Origin: Ramazzottius varieornatus
Taxonomy: Eukaryota > Animalia > Tardigrada
Assembly (NCBI GenBank): GCA_001949185.1
Contig: BDGG01000003.1
Coordinates: 500,679 to 564,678 of the forward strand
Direction: 5' to 3'
Length of the DNA stretch: 64,000 bases
The notes under the pieces are model-generated. The model was not told where the DNA came from. It ran no database searches and worked only from the letters and a program-made list of their open reading frames with translations. Both the position numbers and the translations under genes were made by a program. Each line of letters opens with the position of its first letter. Within the stretch, counting starts at the first letter, position 1. Below are positions 1 through 12,827 of the stretch, piece after piece.

Positions 1-1550
1 AGTATCCTCGACCATCTCAACATCTCGTTCAAGCTGCCTGCAGTGCTTTCCGCCTCGCAATTGCACGACCTGCAGACCGCCATTGTCCAGTTTATCGAAG
101 AGCATGTCCGACAAGATTCTTCCACGTGGAAAATGCAGCATGACAACTTGCTAGCTCACCAGGCCGAGCTGAACGAATTTCGAAGAAGCTACCAAGCTAT
201 TGCTAAAACGCTGCAATCACTGAAGAACCGATACGAAAACGACCTCAAAGAAAAAGACCAGTAAATCTCATTCGTCTTTCTAGTTTATTCGGATCGTATT
301 TGGCTGTTGTTCGCTCTGCAGCGTGCGTGCTTTTCAGAATCATCAAGGCCGAAAGGGACAAGTACGCCATCGCAAGTGGCTCGAATAACGAAGAGCTGCA
401 GCGAATTCGGACGACAAACAACGACCTTCTCCAATTCGTACAGACACGGAAACGCAGCGAAGAGTTCCTGAATGAGACCATCTGGCAGGAAGTCTTCCGC
501 TTATTCGACGAGATGGCAAGCCCGCAGCCGTTGATCGAACGCGCCCAAACCTTCCGCATGTGGCTACTCAACACGTTCGTTCTGTCGGGCGACCTCCATG
601 CCGAGATGAACCACTGGCACAAAAACCTCCGCACCGAACTCGAAAAGGTAAGTGTTTCTGTAAATATCACATTACAACTGTACCGCTTCGCCAAACTCGA
701 GCTTCGCAAGAAGCTTCGGCTATGCTCTTTCGTGTCATCTCAGTGATACTGTAGTCGCAAGAAAACGAACAGGCGTATCTCACATTTGTCTACAGTTTTT
801 CCCCTCGTCTGTATTGTTCTAGTCCGTCTTTTTAGATTGTGCTGAATGGGATTACAGCGGCCAGAGCCAAGCAAATCGCCCTGGATGCTTACGAGAAGTT
901 CCTGGCAGACCAAACGGGCCTCTTTGACTACGCTTTGAAGGCAGCCGGTGGATCGCTTGAATCCATCCGAGACACGACACCGGCCCAAGTCCCACGGGTC
1001 GTTACCAACATCTTTGGGGTCTCCGCCGAAGTACTGCTTCCTCTATCGCCGGACATGGTCATCACACCGGGCTTCCTACCTGGACAGTGTTGGCCTTTCT
1101 TGAACTTCCCTGGCAGCATCGTCATCAAGCTGGCGGCACCAGTCCGTGTGACGTCTTTCGCTATGGATTATATGCCGAGGAGGATGTCACCGACCGGACG
1201 ACTCTTACCGGCACCCAAAATCTTCGAAGTTTACGTAAGCAGCCACAAACTAGACAGGGTGAAAAGAAGAATGTCTAACATACTGTTCGTCGTTTTCGTA
1301 GGGTTTGAACTCGGTATGGGACACGGAGCCTTTTCACTTCGGAGTGTACGAGTATGAAGCCAACCACGGTGACCACATCCAGCTGTTTTCTGTTCAATTT
1401 CACCCACCTGATCTTCGGCAAACATTCAGTCATGTCGAGCTGAAGATCCTGAGTAACCATGGAAGTTTACTGTATACTTCCGTGTGTCGGTTTCGTGTTC
1501 ATGGGAATGTAACGGACGATCCAGTCCAGTGTCCGCTGCTTGATAGATGA
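1..1550 (+). CDS. SUN-domain (Sad1/UNC-84) nuclear envelope protein, 5'-partial, multi-exon
   Basis: Coiled-coil exons followed by SUN motifs FDYALKAAGG, PGQCWPF, APKIFEVY and VELKILSNHG...RFRVHG in ORFs 839-1357 and 1305-1550, joined by a GT-AG intron (~1235-1300). Confidence 0.9.
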
Positions 1551-1697
1551 ATCTATATTTTTTTCTCGAAACTTTCTTTGGTTTTGATTTTATGCTAGAA
1601 ATATTCCTCACCACGTAGTTCACAATCAGAGTTCGAAAATTGTGTCGATTGGAAGTGCCGACCCCCCTTTATTGCAAGTGAGATAAGGCAAAGAAGC

Positions 1698-3596
1698 ATG
1701 GTTTCGAACTCAGACTCTGAGAGTTCGTTTCCTCAAGCTACCGCAATGTACGCGGATGACAAGGATATTTTTGGCCTCCTGACGGTGAGGTAACTAAACA
1801 CCTGAATCACACTTCCCACATCGTTCATTGACATGGTGTGGGTGAGGAGAACCTATTCGACTGAACGGGGTTTTTTAGGGCGCTCTCAAGGATGTGGTGG
1901 CTTTCCGGCCTGACGATCCTCTCCTCTATCTCATCCAGTACTTCCGTCGAAACTGCCAGCCAGCTCTGCGAGCATGTGTCATTGGGCCATCGCTCAGTGG
2001 ACGACATAGCATCTCGCGCAAACTTTCAGAGGCTTTTGGCGTGCCACTGGTTGACGACCATCGGCTCCTCAACGAGGCGGATCCCCAACTGAGAAACATG
2101 GTCAAGACGTTCCATCAAAAGCATAAGCTGCTATCACCCCAGCTTGCTTTCTCACTGGTCCGACCGGTCATTTTCGGCGAGGAGTGTATTGCGAAAGGTT
2201 GGATATTGTGTGGGTACCCGCAGAGTCGCGCGCAAGACGCTTACTTCCGCAAAAACGGAATCAACGCCCAGAAAACCAGTAAGAACACTGTTTGCATTTT
2301 CCGGTCTTAATAAATTTTTTTCGTGTCACATCAACCTTACTTTTTGTTTGCTTTCAGTTATTCTAACCATCACTCCCGAAGCGGCAAAACAGCGTTGCCT
2401 GAAAACAGAGCATCGGTCGACGTGTGACCCTTCCGAACATGCCCAAATGATGACGCGGGAGCTGCTGTACGAGATGGACATGATTGGTAAAAGCTGCGCG
2501 CAACTGGCTCAAGAAGACCCTGCCTGCGCAGTGCTGGACGCTAATCGAGAATTCGACCAAGTCTTATCTGATGGTAAGAAATGTTCGGGAATACAGTACC
2601 TCGTGAACCAAACAATTTTGATCCGTTCCTCCGAGTTTCGACGTTTCTTCCGCGCGTTAGGATCAACGGTACTCTGCAGTTCACGTTTGTACTTATGCAC
2701 GGTATTGCGTCTGCCTCAGCGATGCCGATGATGTGCGAGATACATCGTATAATTTTCCCCATACATTCCTAGTGACCACATTTCTTTCTCTTCAGCGCGA
2801 CATTTCTGTTCCATTCGCCCAATTGAACATCGGCCTTACATGCACCGGGTTCTCTTCCTCGGTCGACCCGGAACCGGAAAGAAAAAGATGGCGAAATACC
2901 TTGCCGACCATTTCCGTCTCTCCCACATCTCTTCCGGCAGCTTGCTTATGAGAGCTGCTTCAGATCCAGAACACGAATATTGCCGGGAAATCAACATGTA
3001 TCTCAACCGAGGACACCAAAGTAATCGGCTCCTACACTCAAACCTCGTCGCTAAACACCGCTCTTTCCGGTACTTGAATCTTGCTCTTTTCAGTGCCCGA
3101 CGAACTCGTAAGCAATCTCCTTTGCAAAGCTCTCAAAGACACGGAACTGCAAGGTTTTGTCCTCAGCGGCTTCCCGTGCACGCAACGTCAGGCTGAGATC
3201 CTCGACCAGTCTGGCTTTCGACCATCCAAAGTCTTCTTCTTTAATACCCCCGTCGATGTCGCGCGTGAGCACTTCATCAACCGCGAAAAGGAGCATCATG
3301 ACAAAGCCTTGTCGCTGAGGGATTTTTACGAGGACGAAGGAGCTCGGTTGGGTTTACAAACGGACGAGTACGGAAATTACGGTCTCGGATATCAGAGTCA
3401 AGAAGTACAGCGGGATATGTTTGGCGAACAAAATAATCTGTTCGAGGATAACGAACAGTCACTGAGAGAATTTTATGGGAACGTTGAGTATGAGATCGAT
3501 GCAACGTTGCCTGAAAATGATGTTTTTGGATTGTTGAAATATCACCTTGTGCATCCACAACCATTAAGGCCTCAGGAACCACAACGTTCACGTTGA
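1698..3596 (+). CDS. AK8: Adenylate kinase 8-like protein with two AK domains, multi-exon
   Basis: N-terminal RPDDPLLYLIQYF (DPY30/RIIa-like), first P-loop-like GPSLSGR plus GWILCGYPQSRAQ, second P-loop GRPGTGKK plus GFVLSGFPCTQRQA. Confidence 0.75.
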
Positions 3597-3762
3597 CCAT
3601 ACCTGTACGTCTTTCACTTTTGAAAATATAAATTCTGGAAAAACAGATTTTGGAAGGTAGTAAGAAAAAAAGTGTAACACATGATTGGTCAACGAACGAA
3701 AACTGTGAAGCACCGAGAGGACTAAACATCAAAACACCGGAACGGAAGAGAAAAATCCTGCT

Positions 3763-5002
3763 TCAAGGAAGTTCATGAAGTTTATATTCTGTGTACAACT
3801 CGTCAGTTCTTTTGTACACCGGGTCCATGGAAGCTGTCATACGACTTGCATACTCGCCAATATCGCTGTAAGAATGCTTAGAAATCTTTTCCATCAGCCC
3901 AACTTTGGACGGTAGAGCATACATGGCGAGATGAGCGGCGTTCCTCACGATCCAGCCATGATATCTGTAAAGGGTCGATTTTATTTTAAAAATGGAGGCA
4001 AAATACAAGTGTGTAAAACTACTTTGAGAGGCTTTGCTTGTAGGCTTCTTGAGCAATAGTCGACACCGGGTCCTCGTCCTTCGCGTCGATCAGTCCTTTC
4101 ATCAAGAGGACGATGAAGTCGAGAGCGCGGTGAAGACGTAGAAGAGTGCGGCTGCCGGAAGGAATGGTGGTCTTGTTGGTCGGACGTCCGGGTTCTAGAC
4201 GTTCTTTGGGAGCAGCAGTCTCAAATTCCATCATTGACTTGACAGTAATGTAATTTAGACCACGAATAGGACACTTGTGATGCTTTTCCAGGATGCTCAG
4301 TTTGTCCTTGACGTCGTCACCCACAAAGGAAAAGACGGAACCCATCAACTCGAACAACCTGTGAGAAATAAATTCAAATTTGGTACATCAGTGAATGATT
4401 CATGACGTCAACCTAGATCGTTACCTCAAGTGGCGCACGTTTCCATTAATACTGCACGAAGGCATGCGCCACTTGAGAAGAATTATTGATCTGGGTGACT
4501 TCATCCGCAATGACGTCATTGCGGCCGAACCCGAACACCATGTGCCCTTGTCTCAACGAACGGTGGATCACGTGACTGTCAGTTAATCAAGCCTCAACAA
4601 TCAACTCGGTTCCAGTTCGTTGGAGCTTTACGCACCTTTCCAGCTCACGATAAGCAAGAATGTAGTGGCCCATATCGATCTCGTCGCTCTCGATGCACCG
4701 TTCAAAGTTTCGGCCGACTATCAGCATGTCGAATCCATCGTCCCGAGGCTGGAAGTGGTACTTTGAGGGCTGGTCAACTTCTAGATCATTTTCCGAGAGG
4801 GAGCGCTGGTGTGGATGGCTCAAGAGTGTTCCGTCCGTTTCGTCCACTCCGGTCAGCCGCGCTTCGTTTCCGTTATTTGAGGAGCGAGTAGGAAGAGGTG
4901 GCGACGACTTTGTTCCTGCCGGGAAAACGCATGGGATGAGAAAACCAACTGGAATCTGGAGAAGAATCTCCGTTTACCTCGTCGCTCTTGCGCGTTATCC
5001 AT
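3763..5002 (-). CDS. CPTP: Glycolipid transfer protein family, ceramide-1-phosphate transfer protein-like, multi-exon
   Basis: FELMGSVFSFVGDDVKDKL, SGSRTLLRLHRALDF and YHGWIVR motifs; spliced start MDNAQERR (5002-4978) joins in frame to an exon starting at 4915. Confidence 0.85.
4415..4492. repeat. GTGGCGCA-N27-TGCGCCAC palindromic module (CPTP intron)
   Basis: CTCAAGTGGCGCA 4425-4437, spacer 4438-4464, TGCGCCACTTGAG 4465-4477, outer AGATC/GATCT. Confidence 0.9.
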
Positions 5003-5540
5003 TCTGACCAGTACGTGTATCAGACTATCAGTCAGTCAGAGTCTCTTCTTCGTCATAATGTCATGTCAGCGTCAGCTGTAGTCGGTCATCCGTGAAGATT
5101 AGCAGTAAATAAACGCTCTGGGAAACTTCTCTAACCGGAATTTCTGATTCCCGAACAACAAGACACAAAATGTATCCCAGGGATCACGGATACAAATCGC
5201 GAAACCAAAGCGAATCACGGAATAGTTTTTCTCCACCAGTTACAGTTACACTCTACTGATAATTACGTGATGTAAGACGCGAATAAAATCACGTGAGTTT
5301 CTGACGATAACAACATTGTGGAATGCCACGTGGCCAATATGGCATCCTGTATGACATTACGAGTTTGCCCCACATTCCATTCTGTAAACACATGTGACAT
5401 CACAACCTGTCATCATTTCAGCGTCGCAGTCTCGCATTCAGCCTTTAATCGGACTTTCCTTTCCCCGAACGAGCTCTGAATCCTTCTGACGCCTTCCCGA
5501 AAGTGCGTTTAGTTTATTTAATCTCTACGGATGCTGAAGG

Positions 5541-7317
5541 ATGGTCATTCATCACATTGCCAGTCTAACTCCCGCGCTAAACCACATTGATCCGACAACG
5601 CTCGCTGCTCCAATTCCGCGTCACACTCATCATGCTGGCTCTGTCAATATTCTTGTACCTCCAACTCCGCAACAGTCACCCATTGCCACGTTCTTCTCCG
5701 GACCTCCACTCGTTCACAAAGTCGTTTCTCCCCGAGTGAAACATGCGAGAAAATCGGCTGACTCGCTGGTAGCAGGTACGGTAACATGTTATTGTGTCAT
5801 GTAATGTACTGCAGTATCGTGGCCAATTAACATTTCGTAAGTTCACCGCTCCGTTCACCGCTCCGTTCACCGCTCCGTTCACATGACGGGAACGGCAGAA
5901 TGTGTGGTCAAAGCCGTGCCAAGCACGAACTTGAGTGGAGTCGGTTTCGCTCCGCTTTGTGCGGGACACATCTTGACATCCGACAGGTTGTCATGTCATT
6001 TTTTCGGTCTACATCACATTCGCAACTGTCATGATTATGAGGGATCCTCATTTTCCTTTCCTTTCGCAGGTACGATCGCCGGAACAGTCGAAATATGCAT
6101 TACATATCCCATCGACTATGTGAAGATTCAGCTACAGCTCGATGCACGGTCTGCGAATCCGAGGTACGAAGTATCAGAATAAAACATGTAGCCAGAAAAC
6201 TGATGAAAAAACTTTCTTTTCGCCAGGTATTCTGGCATGGCCGACTGCGTTCGGCAAACTATCCGCCACCATGGCTTTCGAGGGCTGTACCGTGGCCTAA
6301 ACGTGGCCGTCCTGAGTCCGAAGGCTGTAGTGAGGTTTGGGGCTTTCGAACAGTTGAGGAAGCTCTTCGGAGATTCCAGAGGTGTCCTGACACCCACCGC
6401 GACCTTCTTCTGCGGGATGGGTGCTGGAGCTCTTGAAGCAGCTCTGGCTGTCACACCTGTCGAAAGCATTAAAGTCAAGTTCATTCATGACTTGAGCTTC
6501 TCGCAGAAATATCAGGGCTTGGTACACGGCATAACTTCCATCGTCCAACAACAAGGTACGAAAGTTGCTCGAAAACTCAAATGAATCCGAATTAAATTTG
6601 GAAAAATCTGGATAAGATTCAGAACTATTCCAGAGTCTCGAAAACATGTTCGAGATATTGGTGCCAGATTGTAGCGCACGGGAAAAGAATCGATTTTAAG
6701 CAAGTAAACGCGACACGATCGTATATCTAAGTGGCGCTCGTCTTCAGTTGATGACAATGAGACCGTGCGCCACTTTAATAGTGGGACGATCTCGTTGAGT
6801 TTGTTTCCCATCGTTTGGCTGACCTTATCTTTGTTATCACAGGTCTGAGGGGAATATACCAAGGCCTAGTGCCTACCGTCATGAAGACCAGTACGAATCA
6901 AGCCATCCGCTTTTCCGTAGTGGAAGGTTTGAAAGGCTGGAAAAAGGGTGACGATCCTCACGCGAAAGTGAATAAGGGTTTGACGGCCATTTTTGGTGCT
7001 GTGGGCGGAATCGTCTCTGTCTTCATGAACACTCCCCTCGATGTGCTCAAGTCCCGCATGCAGGGACTCGAAGCGCACAAATATAGAAATATTATGGACT
7101 GTGCATATAGTATTGCTTCCAAAGAAGGACCCAAAGCGTAAGGATAATTAAGCTATCAATAAATTTATTTGCGAATACTAAAACTCTTATTTGTTTCAGG
7201 TTTTACAAAGGAACGACTGCCAGATTGATGAGAGTGCCTTTAGAAACTGCGATAACTTTTACAGTTTACGATTTCGTGATGGAGCTTCTCCACGAACATG
7301 TATGGGAGCATCACTAA
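5541..7317 (+). CDS. SLC25A1: Mitochondrial tricarboxylate (citrate) carrier, paralog 1
   Basis: Three Px[DE]xxK carrier repeats; [65 protein letters not shown]. Exon 1 (5541-5775) splices to 6070 giving SLVAGTIAG. Confidence 0.88.
5841..5882. repeat. 12-bp tandem repeat (GTTCACCGCTCC)x3.5 in SLC25A1 intron 1
   Basis: Read directly from the sequence. Confidence 0.9.
6717..6791. repeat. GTGGCGC-N27-TGCGCCAC palindromic module (SLC25A1 intron)
   Basis: Spacer 6739-6765; outer GATCG/CGATC. Confidence 0.88.
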
Positions 7318-7627
7318 AATATCATTTGAGTTCGCTTTTGTGTGTGTTGAAGAGACCCAAAATTACTATTTCTCGTTGCTGTTGTTTCGCTCAATTACTC
7401 TTCTTAATTATACATGGCGCGACCTTGCCTGGAAGCGCTTTGTCGTTGCTTTGTTCATGATGCGTTCTGTAGCGATACCAGTGAAACGCTGCGGCTGGTC
7501 CGACTCTTTGTTACGTATAATGTATCATCTATTTTGTTATACATACTGTTTGAAACAATGAGAAAACGGTACTCACTCCAAGGAAAACCGGAAAAATCGG
7601 AAATAAAATCATTGAAAAGATAACATA

Positions 7628-8953
7628 TCACCAGACCGCGTCCAGATTCTCTCTTATCACATCGTAGACACTGAATACGATAGCTGTTTCAATGGGGACT
7701 CTGACGAACCTCGGAATGACTCCATTGTAAAACCTGAAAATACATCTGTAAATCTTTGCGGATGCAAATTTGCACATCGAAATCCGGTGCTTCTTACACA
7801 AGTGTTCCTTCATGCTTCCACATTTGCTGCACACAGTGGATCGTATTACGGTATTTTCCAGCCTCGAGACCCTGCATTCTTGTTTTGACCGCATCAGCTG
7901 GCGCATTGATCAGAACAGACACGGCGCCACCGATAGCTCCGAACACGGCTGTCAGCGGCTTTGGGATAGATTTTCCTGGGTTCCTCTGCTTCCTCCAGTC
8001 CTTTAAAGACTCTACGATGAAGAATCTTGTGCCTTGGCTGGACATGGACTTCATGATCGTTGGCGTTACTCCTTGATAGATTCCTCGAAAACCTAAACCG
8101 GAAAAAACAGGATGTTCAATCAAGTCACAAAGTGCTAAGCAATCAACTGAGCAAACTGACGTCATTTCCGACTGGCAAACCTGTACACCAAAGCTTGCGC
8201 GCAACGTCATCGCAGCAGTGTGTAACAGCGTTTCTGTAACCATTATTCTGCGCCTCCATGATGTCATGCAACGACCTACCATGTTCATGCACGATTGTCC
8301 GAATTCCGTGGAACAGTCCGCGATACCTTCGCTCGGGAGAGTTCATGTCATCGATGAACTTTACTTTGATGCTTTCGACAGGCGTGACTGCCAGTACGGC
8401 TTCACACAACCCAGCCATCATCCCGCAAAACAACAATGCAGGCCTGGACAGTTTCCCTTCAGAATCGCCGACCAGTTTTCTTAGCTGCTCGAAAGAGGCG
8501 AACCTGACAGCCACTTTGGGGTTCCAAATCGCCACGTTCAGACCACGATACAGTCCACGAACTCCGTCGTTTCGAATTGTCTGTCTCACAACATCCGCTA
8601 TTCCGGTATACCTATCGCAACAAAGGTAACGGTTGATGATTCACAAGAGTCTCAGTTGTAATCTCCATCAGCATACCTACGTTTGACTGAGCGTTCATCA
8701 AGCTGCAGCTGCGTTTTCACATAGTCTGTTGGAAAATTCACGGACATCTCAACCGCTCCCGTCATCGCTCCTTGTAGTGAAACGTAAAGTCGTTAAGGAC
8801 ATGATGCTTAATCGAAGAAGAACCAAGCTCACCAGCAAGTACGCCCTTGGTGAGTGTCTTTCCACGACTCTCCATCCTTGCGCGCGAAGTCGTCAGCTGC
8901 ACTTCTTTCATGCTATGTTTCGCAGGGAGTAAGATTGGTGACGCTCCCGCCAT
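7628..8953 (-). CDS. SLC25A1: Mitochondrial tricarboxylate (citrate) carrier, paralog 2
   Basis: [13 protein letters not shown]...[53 protein letters not shown]; equivalent intron positions to paralog 1. Confidence 0.88.
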
Positions 8954-9349
8954 TCCTACTATCCAAGGGTAAGTAGGTAAGCAGTCGGGGAGGAGAATTA
9001 CGCATCACGATTCACGAGTGTTCAAAAATGAGAGAAAAATTGTCATTTCCTGGAAATCATCAAAATAGAACCATACAGTACATGATACATGTGCTACCAA
9101 AGGGGGCCTTGCTGGCGCATGGGACCCACAACAAAGTTGTTGATTGCTGCCATTCTACCAAAAGAAAGGCGGAGCTTCAGGTTTGTCGTCATCCAAGCTC
9201 TCAGTAAAGGAAACTTGGCCATGTTCTAAACGCCACCCACAACCTGGTGGATCAATCAACCCATGCACCTTTCTACAGAACGGGATACAGGCAAAGATAC
9301 CAGCCCAAGCGTGATTTGAGCTCTGGGCAGAGCTCCTCAGAAGCTTGGG

Positions 9350-9720
9350 TCACGGCTTAGGGATATAATGTATGAACTTTAGACAAGGGCCAGGGTAGCT
9401 CAAGGGTAGGGGCCGGGGCTTGCCATGTGGAGGCCAAGAAGTTTCAAGAAAAACCTGAGACCCTCCCTTGCCCTTGTTGAATTTCATCAGCTGTGCCTCT
9501 ACCCCATGACCCCAGATTTCTGAGGAACCTTGCCCACAGCCCATTTCTATCCGAGGCCAAAAAAACGATTTGGCAGGGATCGAGCTAAAATCTTCATAGC
9601 AGTGCTGCGCCTTGTACAAATCAGTAACATCGACCTTTTGAGTACGCAATTTCCCCTGATCGCGCGATCTGGGTTCTGGCAGGCCGTGTCAAAGTGGAGG
9701 CCCCTTTTAGCAGTTCTTGT
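9350..9720 (-). mobile_element. Possible decayed Ty3/Gypsy-type integrase fragment
   Basis: LYKAQH...AKSFFWPRI followed by PRPLPLSYPGPCLKFIH resembles the integrase zinc-binding region (H...FWWP) and the P-x-P-W...IH-x-D lead-in; degenerate. Confidence 0.4.
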
Positions 9721-10410
9721 ATGAATAGAACCAGCGATGAACATACATGTGCCAAACGTTTGCATGTGCTGCTAAAGAAGACCTTACTGGAACGTCAAAC
9801 ACACTGATCAAGCGATTCATTGACTACGTTCCGCTAACGAATACAGTGTACGACAAAATAAACCGTTAAAAATGGGTGTATGGAGCCTGATGGTTAGAGC
9901 CAATGAAATTTGCTCATGCAGTAGAACCTAATTCTCATTGGTTGAGTCGTAAGTGAGCTCAGCTGGAGTATTACGCCCATTTTTAACGGTGAATTTTGTC
10001 GGACATTGTAGGTAGAACCGATATGTTGCACGTCATACGTTGATGATACACAGTACGTAATTTGATGTAATCGACTGACAAAATTCAAAGTGAGCTCTTC
10101 ATTCAATCAAGGAATGCGAGCAACAAAAGAAAACCGTCTCGCCAAACACAAGTAACCACTGGCCTGCAAAAAGCGTGAGCGATGGAGTTTGAACCGGATG
10201 TCCCTGTGGAAGTCTGCACCTTGTACCCGTTACCAACTCTTTGTGGATGATTTTCGAACGCCCTTTTCGACATCTGCCATTTTGGCAGGCCATGTGCAAG
10301 CGGAGGCCCTTTCAGCAGCACTTCAGTGATCTATGCTGATCTGGTCCGGACCGGAAGTCAAACGTAACTTTCTTCAAATTTAGTTTCTTCGGCACCTTCT
10401 GGCGTGAAGG

Positions 10411-12050
10411 ATGCTCTCGTCCAGGGTGTGCATCACATGTGACTACCTCCTCCAGTTCAGGAGCATCGTCCGGTTGTTGGGCGCAGTACCAGCCGCGAAA
10501 TCGGCTCCTCCTCGGCCTGTTCGTCGTATCAGAGGAATTGAGCCCATCGATAAGGTGCGATACAGTCATACAGACCGTACAGTATTACATAATGCTCTGC
10601 TTCCATTTCGCTCTGCACGCACTTTAACTCAGACTCTTCTGTTTAGGCAGAGTATTTCGTGGACTGGAAGCAAATATTCGTCCAGGCGGGCAATGGCGGC
10701 AACGGCGTATGCTCGTTTTTGTCGTTACCAATGACAGAATATGCTGGACCAGATGGAGGAGACGGAGGCAATGGTGGACATGTCGTATTTCAAGGCACGC
10801 ATTGCACTGATTGAACGATTCCATTGCTATTGATATTCCGAGCTGAACAGCTCCGTGCCGACACGGCCCTGTGGAATGAGGCACGGCCTTTGATGCGTGG
10901 AAACTTCAAAGTGCTGTGGTTATGATTAACGCTTATGTTTTCTTTCTAGCATCAACTAGTCAGAAGAGTCTAAATCACATGTCGTCTCGCTACAGAGGCC
11001 AGCATGGCGAGAGCGGTCGCAGTAAGAATTGCCATGGGAAGTGCGCGGAACACACCGTCATCAAGGTCCCCGTGGGCACTCTCTTCCGCGATGAAAACCA
11101 AAATCCTGTCATTGAGCTCAAGAAAGACAACGAAAAGTTTATAGCAGCTAGAGGAGGGGCAGGAGGTCGCGGCAATGCTTTCTTCCTTTCCAATGAAAAC
11201 CGGGCGCCGATGGTGAAAGAAAATGGAGGGATGGGGGAAGCCAAGACGTACGTGGTGGAAATGCGGACCATTGCCCACGTTGGACTGGTAAAGCGGCAAT
11301 CTTTTCTGCCAAATTATTAAAGATCTGTATACACACTTTTTAATCGGTCCGAAAGTTCGAGCAGATATTCTGATCATTTGGATTTTGGAATTATTGTTGA
11401 TGCGTGCTTTCTATTTTTTTTACAGGTTGGATTTCCGAACGCCGGAAAGTCTTCCCTTCTCCGTTCGATCAGCCGAGCTCGACCGAAGGTTGCGAGCTAC
11501 CCCTTCACAACGCTCCAACCCTACGTCGGGATACTCGAGTATGAAGACTATGAGCAGATTGCCGTTGCAGATATTCCTGGAATAATTCCCGATGGTACGG
11601 AAAAATCAATGTATCCCTTTTCCAAAATCAACTGTCTCGTTAGTTTGCTTTCCTGTTTCAGCTCACAAGAACCGTGGTTTGGGTATCGAATTTCTTCGCC
11701 ACATCGAGCGATGCATATGCCTGCTCTACGTTATCGACCTGTCCCAGCCCGAGCCGTGGCTGCAGCTGGAGCACCTTCGTTACGAGCTGGACCAGTACAT
11801 GCCCGGCTTGGTTGAAAGACCTTGCGCCGTTGTAGGGAACAAGATTGACCTGGAGGAAGCTCGTAAGAACCTTCCACTGTTCATAAATGAAGTAGAAAAA
11901 TATTGTCTTGAATCTGGGACGAATGCTCTACCGGTGTTTCCTGTGTCTGCCATGAAAGGCAGCCAGTTGACGGCTTTGTTGATGCATATTCGAGAACTAT
12001 ACGATTTTTATCACAAAAAAGCCGACGTAGAAGACTCAGAAGACGAGTAA
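10411..12050 (+). CDS. MTG2: Obg-family mitochondrial ribosome-associated GTPase 2, multi-exon
   Basis: Gly-rich Obg fold ([28 protein letters not shown]), G1 [11 protein letters not shown]2 YPFTTL, G3 DIPG, G4 NKID; Arg-rich N-terminus. Confidence 0.92.
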
Positions 12051-12827
12051 AACACGAAAAATGGAAATTCCGATCTGAATTTGGCCGTGATTGAACCAAA
12101 GCAAACGTAGGCTGATTCTTGCACGCACGTGCTTACGTTCTACCAAGTATTGTCACACGGTTCGTTGTATGCAAGTAGGTGAAATTGCCCGCCTTTCGGC
12201 TGCCGGTCGGACAAATGAGTTCTAACGTGAAAAACAGCGTGATGTTCGAACAACGGGCAGATCTGTTCTTCCTTTGGTGTGTTTGTAATGTTCTGCAGTG
12301 TATTGAATGGTGCGATTTTTATGGAGGAAGGAGGCGGAATCTATTGAGTTTTACGAGGTTCTGGCCACTGAACCGTCTGTGAGTTATTTTATGTCTTTGT
12401 TCTACTGATGCACGGCTTATTCACAATCAGTTATTCCGAGGGTATTCGACAGTTGTAAGAGGGACAATAAGGCTTGTTGAGGTTTATGAGCAATAACGCC
12501 ATGTCTGCGCAAATGTCCAGAGAGCAAAGTCGAGCTCGAGAGCTTCCCGTATGAAGGGTGACTGTTATTTTTCGTCGTATGTTAGTTGCCATCTGTCAGA
12601 CGTTCCTGTGTAAATTCCACTTCAACGTTTGCTCTTTCCCTGACATCGATATTTGAGTGTAAAAACCAGCACAGTACCAGCAAAATTTCCTTGGGATGTC
12701 ATTCCTTTTTGCTGAGTGCGTGTAACAGCGTAAGCTTCGCCCCACAAGGAAATATCTCCGTCATATCCAGCTTTATGAAACTCATGAATCATTTTTCGGG
12801 AACGTGATCAACTGTATATCAGATCTC

